A DNA stretch of 52,978 bases from Myxococcota bacterium (GTDB lineage: Bacteria; Myxococcota; JACRCW01), in the NCBI GenBank assembly GCA_040752415.1, contig JBFMGU010000041.1, positions 1 through 52,978 of the forward strand, written 5' to 3'. This document shows, in pieces, positions 8,648 to 16,270 of this stretch (positions within the stretch are counted from its first letter, which is position 1; every line of letters starts with the position of its first letter). The notes beneath the pieces were generated by a model. The model made no database searches and had not been told where the DNA came from. It was given only the letters and a program-made list of their open reading frames with translations. Both the position numbers and the translations under genes were made by a program.

Positions 8648-11056
8648 ATGTTCTCCTGCGTTCTCGGGGTTTCCTCCAAGGGAGTCAGAAGTCAGAAGTC
8701 AGAAGTCAGAAGTGCCCCTGCCCCTGCCCGGCTTGTGGGCCCAAGGCCCGACGAGGTTTTCCCCGCGGGTAGCCTTTGCGCTGAGAGTCCCTACAGGCCG
8801 GGCACGGGCAGGGGCACTTCTGACTCCTGTATTCTGACTTGTGACTTCCTCTTCTCGCGGCTCCCCGGTCTCTCCCGCCGCAACCTCCGTCGCCAGCCAC
8901 GCGGGATGGCCCTGGTGGTCGTCATGGCAGTAGTGGCGGTGATCACCGTGGCGGTGCTCACGCAGATGAACGCGGGACAACGGCATCTCGTCGCTGCGTC
9001 GCGGGAGCGCGCCGAGTCGCAGGCCCGCGCGCTGGCAGAGATGGGCCTGGAGCGCATGAGCCTGTACGCCACGCAGTACATGCAGCAGGTGCCCGCGGTC
9101 CCCGACCTGGACGGATTGCTCGACCCCAGCCTCGGCGCGTCCCTCGACGGCGACGAGTTCATCCCGCCGGCCAGCTTTGCCTCCGGCAGCACGGTGGTGC
9201 ACGTCCCCAAGAACGCCACCGGGACGCCGCTCCGCGCGGCATTGCACCGCTACCGCATGGTGAAGATGAACGGCGGCGCCTACCTGGTACGCGTGGATGA
9301 CAACAGTGACGACGGACTCACCGGCCTGGCCACGGCCACCGGCAACAACACCGTGGCGGAGGGCCTGGGCTCCTCCGTGCTCTTCCGTGACCGTGACCGC
9401 TCCGTCTTCCTCACCGCCATTGGCATCTACCCCGTGCCGCCGGGCACCAGCGACGCGGACGCGTACGAGAAGGCCAGCGCGCGCATCACGCTCAAGCGCT
9501 TCCTCTCGCCGCAACCCGCACCGGGTCTCTTCGCCGGCGGCAGCGTCAACGTGAAGGACGACGTGGCGGTGTGCGGCGCGGGCGGCATCACCTCCGACAC
9601 CGTGAACTACGTGGGCAGCGACGGCCCTTCCGATGTGTGCGTGTGCGGCGCGCAGAACCTGGAATCCGGGCCCACCACCAGCGCGTGCACCGACCCCAGC
9701 AACGACAGCGACCTGGCCTCCGCGTGCGACACACCCGCCAACTGCGCCACCTCCAGCTCCGACGTGGGATCGGCACAAACGGCGCCCAGCGTCACCGTGC
9801 CCGGGATGCCGGCGGCGGGGTGGCGCTCGCTCTCCGCCATTGGCGTGAGCGGCGTGTTGAACCTGGGCACCAACAACGTCTGCGAGCTCTACTTCCAGGA
9901 CGTAGACACCGCCGCGCCGGGCAACGGCGACGACATCTTCCTGTGGGACCACACCGACACCGCCAACGGATGCAACAACGCCACGCCCGACCCCGCGCCG
10001 CCGCCGTGCAGCTGGCCCTCCACCGCCACCACCGCGGGCACGGCGGACTGCAGCAACGGAGGCAGTCGGTGTTGGAAGCTGATTGCGCGCATCAACAACG
10101 TCGCCGGTGAGTCGCTGGGCGGGGCCACGGAGCACACGGTCAACGACGGTGGCGAGTTCTTCGCCGCCAACGCCTCGCAGCCCATTCCCAACGTGGCCGA
10201 CCCGTCCATGCGCTGGCCCGGCATGTGCGGCGGCGCGGGCACGTGCACCAACTGCAACGGCACCAGCAACACCACCTGGGGCATCTCCGGCAGTGAGTGG
10301 ACCATGAAGAACGCCCCGCGCTGCGCAAGCCAGTACCCCTCACCCACCATCCACTTCTTCGACAACCCGCCGGGCCAGGCAGTGATGGCCGACGCCAGCT
10401 TCGGTGATCCCTCGGTGTGTTCGTCGGGCGGCTCACCCGTCGTCACCGCGTACCTGGTGCGCAACGACCTCTCCCTCAAGGAGGACTCCGCGTATTGCTG
10501 CCCCACCTGCGACTGCGCCACCGCCATCCCCTATGGGTCGGCCTGCAATCCCACGGTGGCGGGCCGCTCCAGCGGAACCGCAGTGCGCGCCGGCGGACAC
10601 TGCTACTTCCGTGAAGACCTGCGCGTCATTGGCGCCATCAGCTGCTCGTCGTTGAACATCCGGGATGGCACCGGCGGCGGCTGCATCCTCTCCGACACCG
10701 TGGTGGCGCACGGCGAGGCGCCCACGCCACTCCCCGGCGGGTGGAACCTGTGCAGCGACCCGCTGGCGGACCTGCCCACCTCCTGCGACTCACCCGGCGT
10801 GTGCGTCAAGCAGAACACCACCATCGTGGGCACCGTGTACTCCGCCGCCGACCTGTGCATCCGCGAGAACAGCAACGTCATGGGCTCCCTGGTGGCGGCC
10901 GAGGACGTGGGCATCAAGGAAGACTCCGAGGTCTTCGGCCAGGTGGTGGCCGGCGGAGACATCTCCATCCGCAATGACGTGCTCATCAACAACGACGGCA
11001 ACGGCTCCTTTGGCACCGCCACGCGCACCGTGGCCTGGCTGGAAGCCGCCTACTGA
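8648..11056 (+). CDS. PilX/GspK-like pilin with a very large Cys-rich C-terminal region
   Basis: RBS GAGGAGG at 8634-8640. QPRG-MALVVVMAVV lacks Glu5, as in PilX/GspK. ARALAEMGLE PilX N-terminal motif; terminal beta-helix-like repeats and AWLE end. Confidence 0.85.
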   Translation: MFSCVLGVSSKGVRSQKSEVRSAPAPARLVGPRPDEVFPAGSLCAESPYRPGTGRGTSDSCILTCDFLFSRLPGLSRRNLRRQPRGMALVVVMAVVAVITVAVLTQMNAGQRHLVAASRERAESQARALAEMGLERMSLYATQYMQQVPAVPDLDGLLDPSLGASLDGDEFIPPASFASGSTVVHVPKNATGTPLRAALHRYRMVKMNGGAYLVRVDDNSDDGLTGLATATGNNTVAEGLGSSVLFRDRDRSVFLTAIGIYPVPPGTSDADAYEKASARITLKRFLSPQPAPGLFAGGSVNVKDDVAVCGAGGITSDTVNYVGSDGPSDVCVCGAQNLESGPTTSACTDPSNDSDLASACDTPANCATSSSDVGSAQTAPSVTVPGMPAAGWRSLSAIGVSGVLNLGTNNVCELYFQDVDTAAPGNGDDIFLWDHTDTANGCNNATPDPAPPPCSWPSTATTAGTADCSNGGSRCWKLIARINNVAGESLGGATEHTVNDGGEFFAANASQPIPNVADPSMRWPGMCGGAGTCTNCNGTSNTTWGISGSEWTMKNAPRCASQYPSPTIHFFDNPPGQAVMADASFGDPSVCSSGGSPVVTAYLVRNDLSLKEDSAYCCPTCDCATAIPYGSACNPTVAGRSSGTAVRAGGHCYFREDLRVIGAISCSSLNIRDGTGGGCILSDTVVAHGEAPTPLPGGWNLCSDPLADLPTSCDSPGVCVKQNTTIVGTVYSAADLCIRENSNVMGSLVAAEDVGIKEDSEVFGQVVAGGDISIRNDVLINNDGNGSFGTATRTVAWLEAAY
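8681..8848. mobile_element. Palindromic MITE/REP-like element with AGTCAGA heptamer ends, in-frame within the pilX leader
   Basis: (AGTCAGA)x4 at 8683-8710 plus AGTGCCCCTGCCCCTGCCCGGCTTGTGGG pairs with CCCTACAGGCCGGGCACGGGCAGGGGCACT plus degenerate TCTGACT repeats (8789-8846). Confidence 0.7.
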
Positions 11057-11246
11057 GGGCGTGATCGTTTTCTTGCGACGTCGCTTTCTCCGCGTCCGGG
11101 CGCGGTGATTCGCATCATCCGCGAAATGACGGTGGCCGGAAATTTGGAGGCGACGGGCTCCGCGGGTATCCAGACGTCCTCTCCACGGAGCCACGCGGCT
11201 CCACCTGGCACCCAGCAACCGCAACAACACCGCGGAGGACCCCGCC

Positions 11247-11873
11247 ATGAGACACGTGTGTGAACACTGCAACCAGAAGTACGCCATCCCCGACGCCCGC
11301 GTGGCCGGCAAGGTCCTCAAGGTGCGCTGCAAACGCTGCAGCGGAGTGATGCAGGTGGACGGCTCGCACGTCTCCGCCAGCGCGCCCTCCGACGAGCCGG
11401 AAGCGCGCGAGTGGTTCGTGGCCATCAGCGGTCAGGCGCAGGGACCGTACACGCGCACGCAGGTGCTGGAGCTGGTGGAGCGCGGTGAGGTGCGGGAGCG
11501 CACGCTGCTGTGGCGGCCGGGAATGGAAGCGTGGCGTCGGGCGCAGCTGGGCGGGAACCTGCAGTTCGTGCTGGATGCCGTGCACGCCCGTGAGCAGGCC
11601 GCCGACGAGGAGAGCTACCGCGCGCCCACCGGCGTGTTCGAATCCGTGCCCTCCGGCATGGTGATGGACCAGGGCGCGTACTTCCCGGATCCCACGCTGC
11701 ACACCGGGTGGACCGTGCTTTCCGAGGAGGCGCGCGTGTACCTGGAGTCCGTGGTGCATCGCGAGGCGGAGCACCGCAGCGAGCGGTGGCGTCGCGTGGC
11801 GCTTTCCTCGCTGGTCGTCGCGGCGCTCTCACTGGCCGGAGCGGCCGGTGCGTGGGCGGCGTCGTTGATGTGA
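11247..11873 (+). CDS. Zinc-ribbon (MJ0042-type) plus GYF_2 domain membrane protein
   Basis: CEHC...KVRCKRC; WFVAISGQAQGPY...LLWRPGMEAW; C-terminal TM helix; RBS GGAGG. Confidence 0.88.
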   Translation: MRHVCEHCNQKYAIPDARVAGKVLKVRCKRCSGVMQVDGSHVSASAPSDEPEAREWFVAISGQAQGPYTRTQVLELVERGEVRERTLLWRPGMEAWRRAQLGGNLQFVLDAVHAREQAADEESYRAPTGVFESVPSGMVMDQGAYFPDPTLHTGWTVLSEEARVYLESVVHREAEHRSERWRRVALSSLVVAALSLAGAAGAWAASLM

Positions 11874-11889
11874 CGGTGGAAAAGCGGGC

Positions 11890-13449
11890 TCAATCCCGGA
11901 ACGGGCGGGTGCGCTGGTAGACGCGCCACGGTCCGTTCTCCAGCACCAACGCCACACGCTCATGGAGCGCTCCGCCCGGCTCGAAAGCAGCCAGCGGCGC
12001 CGAGGCGTGGACCACGAAGTATTCGTAACGGTCGCCGTGCTCGCGCAGATCGAAGTCGCGGTGCACGTCGAACTCGTCGGAGAAACGGTACGGCTCCTGG
12101 AAGCGGATGCCGGTGTGCTCGTGCATGGGCCCGGCCAGGCCGCCCTTCTCGACGAGCACGTAGGAACAGAATCCGTCGTAGACGGGCATGTCCAGGATGC
12201 TGCTCCGCGCGGAGTGCACCATGCAGCGGTAGCGTGAGGCGCGCGGCAGGAACTCGATCACCGCCTGGAATCCGCGCGACTCCACGTTGAAGACGAGGAA
12301 GTCGGTTGCCAGCGTCAACCCCAGTCCCGCCACCAACGTCGCCACAATCGCCGGGAGGACGCGGCCGTGCCACAGCGGTCCGTCGGAGAGCGCCATGGGC
12401 AACATCAACAACGCCATGGGCACCATGCGGGACGCCATGTAGTGCTGGTGGCCATACACCTCCGGCAGCACCACCGAGCCCGCAACGTAGAGCAGCATGA
12501 GGACGAGGTAGCGCCCACGCCAGACAGCCTGCGCGAATGAGCTGGCTTCCCCTTTCCCGTCGGGAACCAGCCGCGACAACGCCACCACCGCCACCAGAGC
12601 GTAGACGATGATGTACACGGTGTTGTCTTCCCACATGGCTCCCGCGTAGATGGGGAGCGCGCGGAAACGCAGACGTGTGGGGAAGAACTGGGTCTCCACG
12701 TCCTTCCCGCCCCAGTGGGACACCACGTAGCTGGTCAACAGCATGAGCGGCGGAAGCATGGCGGTGAGCAGCCGCCGCAGCGACGGAACCACGCTCCGCC
12801 CGTGCGCCACGTGATGCATCACCAGCAGCGCCACCGACGTGATCAACGCGTAGAGGAACGCCTGGGGATGCAGCAGGAAGATCAACAGGAACACCGCGCC
12901 CAGGCGCAGGCTTTCCCTTGGCGACGGTTCTTCCGACGACAACCAGCTCTCGAGCACCACGTAGAGCACCAGCACCATGGCGGTGGCGGCGCAGTAGGTG
13001 CTGAAGCCGAACACGAACGGGTAGCTGTAGAGCACCGCGAAGATCAGCAACGCCAGCCACGGACTCCGCCCCGTCCTCCGCACCAGCGCCAACGCCGCCA
13101 GCGGCACACCGAGCAGGTACACGAGGAGGAAGAGCCGGTACGCCAGCTCCGCGCCGACGAGCAGGGTCAGCGGCAGCAGGAGCAGGCGGTGCGGAGTGTA
13201 GGGATGCCACCACGCGCTCTCGACGTCGTAATACGGCGCGATGGTGGGGTCGGTGGCGTTGGCCAGCACGTGCAGCTCGCCCACGTGCAGCGGGTAGTCC
13301 GGGAACGGCAGGAACCGGGAGAGGAACACCGGCAACGCGAACAACACCGCCAACGCGTAGAACACGTGGGGAAAACGCGAAGGCGGGGTGGGCGTCGCAC
13401 CCTGGTCGGTCACCGGAACTCCGTCGTGGCGAAGCGGTGACAGCGTCAT
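11890..13449 (-). CDS. Polytopic membrane protein, possibly a GT-C-fold glycosyltransferase (start uncertain)
   Basis: About 10-12 hydrophobic segments; LPFPDYPLH loop after TM1; soluble C-terminal domain. Confidence 0.65.
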   Translation of the reverse strand: MTLSPLRHDGVPVTDQGATPTPPSRFPHVFYALAVLFALPVFLSRFLPFPDYPLHVGELHVLANATDPTIAPYYDVESAWWHPYTPHRLLLLPLTLLVGAELAYRLFLLVYLLGVPLAALALVRRTGRSPWLALLIFAVLYSYPFVFGFSTYCAATAMVLVLYVVLESWLSSEEPSPRESLRLGAVFLLIFLLHPQAFLYALITSVALLVMHHVAHGRSVVPSLRRLLTAMLPPLMLLTSYVVSHWGGKDVETQFFPTRLRFRALPIYAGAMWEDNTVYIIVYALVAVVALSRLVPDGKGEASSFAQAVWRGRYLVLMLLYVAGSVVLPEVYGHQHYMASRMVPMALLMLPMALSDGPLWHGRVLPAIVATLVAGLGLTLATDFLVFNVESRGFQAVIEFLPRASRYRCMVHSARSSILDMPVYDGFCSYVLVEKGGLAGPMHEHTGIRFQEPYRFSDEFDVHRDFDLREHGDRYEYFVVHASAPLAAFEPGGALHERVALVLENGPWRVYQRTRPFRD

Positions 13450-13460
13450 CCCACGCCGGT

Positions 13461-13504
13461 GCAGCGGTCAAGTGTGGCGTGTTTACTCCGGGTGGAGCAC
13501 CACG
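13461..13504. repeat. Direct repeat copy 1 (copy 2 at 14446-14489), flanking the hydrolase gene
   Basis: 38/44 identity; core GGCGTGTTYACTCCGGGTRGAGCACCACG matches at 27/29. Confidence 0.75.
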
Positions 13505-13729
13505 GTTGTCGCCATGGCGATGCGACGAGTCGATGTGGCGGGAGCGTGCCGGGAGCCCCACACGCGGCGCAGGGCCACGCCCGTGATGACGGTGAGCGGG
13601 GCCCCCCGCGTCCCAGGCCTCGCCCGCGAGCCCTGCTTGTTGCCGTGGCGTCCTTCGTTAGCCTCCTCTTCGGGAACGGACATCTTCCTCGTGTTCCACG
13701 GCGTAGAGACCGTGAGGAAGGAGACGCAG

Positions 13730-14419
13730 ATGCAGCCGAATCCTCAGCCCCTGCCGGTCCAGGTCAGGGCGGGTGACGTGACGTTGGACGGCGACCTGAA
13801 CGTGCCACCCCAGGCCAAGGGGCTGGTGATCTTCGCGCACGGCAGCGGCAGCAGTCGCCACAGCTCACGCAACAAGTACGTGGCCGCGGAGCTCAACAAG
13901 GGAGGGCTTGCCACGCTCCTGCTGGACCTTCTGACACGCGACGAGGAACGCATCGACGACATCACCAGGGAGCTTCGCTTCAACATCCCCATGCTCGCGG
14001 AGCGACTGGGGCACGCCGCGGAATGGGCCTCCCAGTACCCGAAGACGCGGGGGCTGCCCGTGGGGTTCTTTGGAGCCAGCACCGGTGGTGGTGCGGCCCT
14101 GATTGCCGCGGCATCCCGTCCCGAGGCCATCTCCGCGGTGGTGTCGCGCGGGGGCCGTCCGGACCTGGCGGGCGCCGACCTGCCGCGCGTGCGTGCTCCC
14201 ACGTTGCTCATCGTGGGCGGTGCCGACGACGTCGTGATCGAGCTCAATCAGCAGGCCCTCCAGAAGCTGCGCTGCGAGCGCCACCTCGAGATCGTGCCAG
14301 GCGCGACCCACCTCTTCGAAGAGCCGGGCACGCTGGAGGCCGTGGCCCGCCTGGCGCGCGCCTGGTTCCAGACGCACTTCCGTCCGGCCGAGGCACGACC
14401 GGCACAACCCGGTGGATGA
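13730..14419 (+). CDS. Dienelactone hydrolase family alpha/beta hydrolase
   Basis: FAHGSGSSRHS, GASTG nucleophile elbow, SRGGRPDLA, PGATHLFEE; RBS AAGGAG. Confidence 0.92.
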   Translation: MQPNPQPLPVQVRAGDVTLDGDLNVPPQAKGLVIFAHGSGSSRHSSRNKYVAAELNKGGLATLLLDLLTRDEERIDDITRELRFNIPMLAERLGHAAEWASQYPKTRGLPVGFFGASTGGGAALIAAASRPEAISAVVSRGGRPDLAGADLPRVRAPTLLIVGGADDVVIELNQQALQKLRCERHLEIVPGATHLFEEPGTLEAVARLARAWFQTHFRPAEARPAQPGG

Positions 14420-14467
14420 AGTTGGGGTCGGCGTCATCCGACGAGGCAGCGCCCAACTGGGGCGTGT

Positions 14468-15577
14468 TCACTCCGGGTAGAGCACCACGTCCTTGGTGGC
14501 GTGGCGGTCCACCCAGATGCGCCAGGTCTCGTCCCAGCGGAAGCGCTGCGCGACACGTTGCTGGAACGCCGCCCCCAACGGCCCCACCAGCGCCACGGAG
14601 TGGTCCAGCAGGGGAATGTCGCGCGCCTCCCCGTCGAGCCACGTGGTGAACTGCGTGTGCAGCTCCTGCGGTCCCAGGTTCGTGACCCCGACGAGGGCTT
14701 CAATCCCGTTGTGCCCCGGGTCCTTCAGCGCCGCCATCATGGGCTTGAGCCAGCCCCGACGGTGCAGGAACAGGAAGAAGGACTGCATCACGTTCTGGTC
14801 GCCACCCTGCTGGATGATCGCCGCGACGGGCACCTTGCGCAGGACCTGCCGCACCACCGGGTCGCGCATGGGGTGGCGGTAGCCGAACGAGATTTCCCCG
14901 TCGGTGACAATCACCTTCTCGACAAACGTGGCCATGCCTTCCTTGGCCCACGTGGGAAGCTCCCCGCGGTAGGTGCACCACAGGTAGTGGTAGGTGAGGT
15001 GGTGCGTGAGGCCGCCAAATCCCGCGTTCACCGCCGAGACCACCGTGGGGCCCTGCAGCGCGGAATGGCCATAGGTGCCGTACGGTCCCACTCCGACGTC
15101 ACGCAGCCTTTCGAACAGGCGCTGACCCCGCACATACTCGACGCGGACGTGACAATCGTCGGGGCCAGGGTCGAAGAACTGCTCGCGCAGCTGCGCACGA
15201 AAACGCGTGATCACGCCGATGAGGTCCTTGTCGTCGGAGGCGGGCTCATCCGAGGCCAGCGTGAATCCCGGTCCCTCTCCAACCACGTAGGTCCGTCCCA
15301 CAGTCGGCCACGCCACACCGAGCATGCGCGTGGGTTGCGCCATGGTCACCAGGCCCACACCCAGCGCCACCGCTCCCACCACGGCGTGCCACGGTGGAAC
15401 GGCCAGGCGTTCGCTCGACGTGCGCGGCAGGCCCAGACACAACGCCAGCCCGGCACCCAGTGCGCTCCCCACGCACACCGCGGCCACCAACGCACCGTGG
15501 CTCGCGCCCCACGCCACGCCCACGCCAGCGCCAACACCGAAGAGCATGAGCACGCGTGCGAGCATCACCGCGATCAT
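14468..15577 (-). CDS. Membrane-anchored protein with a degenerate gluzincin/peptidase-MA-like domain (start uncertain)
   Basis: N-terminal TM helices; LTHHLTYHYL followed by LPTWAKEGMATFVE. Confidence 0.65.
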   Translation of the reverse strand: MIAVMLARVLMLFGVGAGVGVAWGASHGALVAAVCVGSALGAGLALCLGLPRTSSERLAVPPWHAVVGAVALGVGLVTMAQPTRMLGVAWPTVGRTYVVGEGPGFTLASDEPASDDKDLIGVITRFRAQLREQFFDPGPDDCHVRVEYVRGQRLFERLRDVGVGPYGTYGHSALQGPTVVSAVNAGFGGLTHHLTYHYLWCTYRGELPTWAKEGMATFVEKVIVTDGEISFGYRHPMRDPVVRQVLRKVPVAAIIQQGGDQNVMQSFFLFLHRRGWLKPMMAALKDPGHNGIEALVGVTNLGPQELHTQFTTWLDGEARDIPLLDHSVALVGPLGAAFQQRVAQRFRWDETWRIWVDRHATKDVVLYPE

Positions 15578-15611
15578 AGCCGCCCGCCGCGCGCCTGGTA
15601 CCATCGCGGAC

Positions 15612-16262
15612 GTGGACTGGCTCCTCCAGCACCTGGTCCCCTTGGTGGCGGGCGCCGCACCCGCGGCCCTGTTCCTCGCCGTCGGGCTGCGACAACGTCG
15701 TGAAGGCCAGGAGCTGCGGGCCCTGCTCGACGAGGTGAGGAACCACGAGCAGCTGCGCGCGCGTCCCCACGGCGTGTTCGAGCTGACCTACCGCGGCTAC
15801 GCCGTGACCCTGGTGCAGAGCCAGAGCGGCCTGGTCCCCACGTTGACCTGGACCGTGCGCGCCACGTCGCTGAAGACGCGCGAGTGGGATCGGATTGTCC
15901 TGCAACCACGTCGGGTGCGGGAGCGCGGCGTGGCGCTGGCACCGCTGTCCTGGCGCGCCGTGGGCCGAGATGACGACGTGACGAGCCTCCTCGCGTTGCC
16001 CGCGCTGCGTGCCGCGCTCCACAACCTGCGCGCGTTCGACACGCGGTTGGTGCACGGAAGCATCCAGCGTGGCGCGCTCACGCTGCAGGTCCAGCGTCAT
16101 CCCGCGGGTGCCCTGGCGGCGGTGGAGCTGATGCGGCTCACCGGCTCGCTGGCCGCGGTGCTCGACGGAGCCAGCGAGGTGGACATCTTCCCGCACCCCG
16201 TGCTCGACGACGTGGACGCGCGCGGTCCGCGCTCCGGCCTGCCCGTGGGCATCCGCCACTGA
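15612..16262 (+). CDS. Hypothetical membrane-anchored protein
   Basis: GTG start, N-terminal hydrophobic helix, GC3-biased frame; fills the gap between neighbours. Confidence 0.6.
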   Translation: MDWLLQHLVPLVAGAAPAALFLAVGLRQRREGQELRALLDEVRNHEQLRARPHGVFELTYRGYAVTLVQSQSGLVPTLTWTVRATSLKTREWDRIVLQPRRVRERGVALAPLSWRAVGRDDDVTSLLALPALRAALHNLRAFDTRLVHGSIQRGALTLQVQRHPAGALAAVELMRLTGSLAAVLDGASEVDIFPHPVLDDVDARGPRSGLPVGIRH

Positions 16263-16270
16263 CCTCGGGG

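Noticed and set aside
11206..11222. sigma54 promoter TGGCAC upstream of the zinc-ribbon gene (also one on the minus strand near 49350-49366)
   Set aside because: The GG-to-GC spacing is not 10 nt.
13483..13683. 66-aa ORF ending VVLHPE as a real gene
   Set aside because: Only the last few codons resemble the neighbouring gene's end; it is treated as part of the direct repeat.
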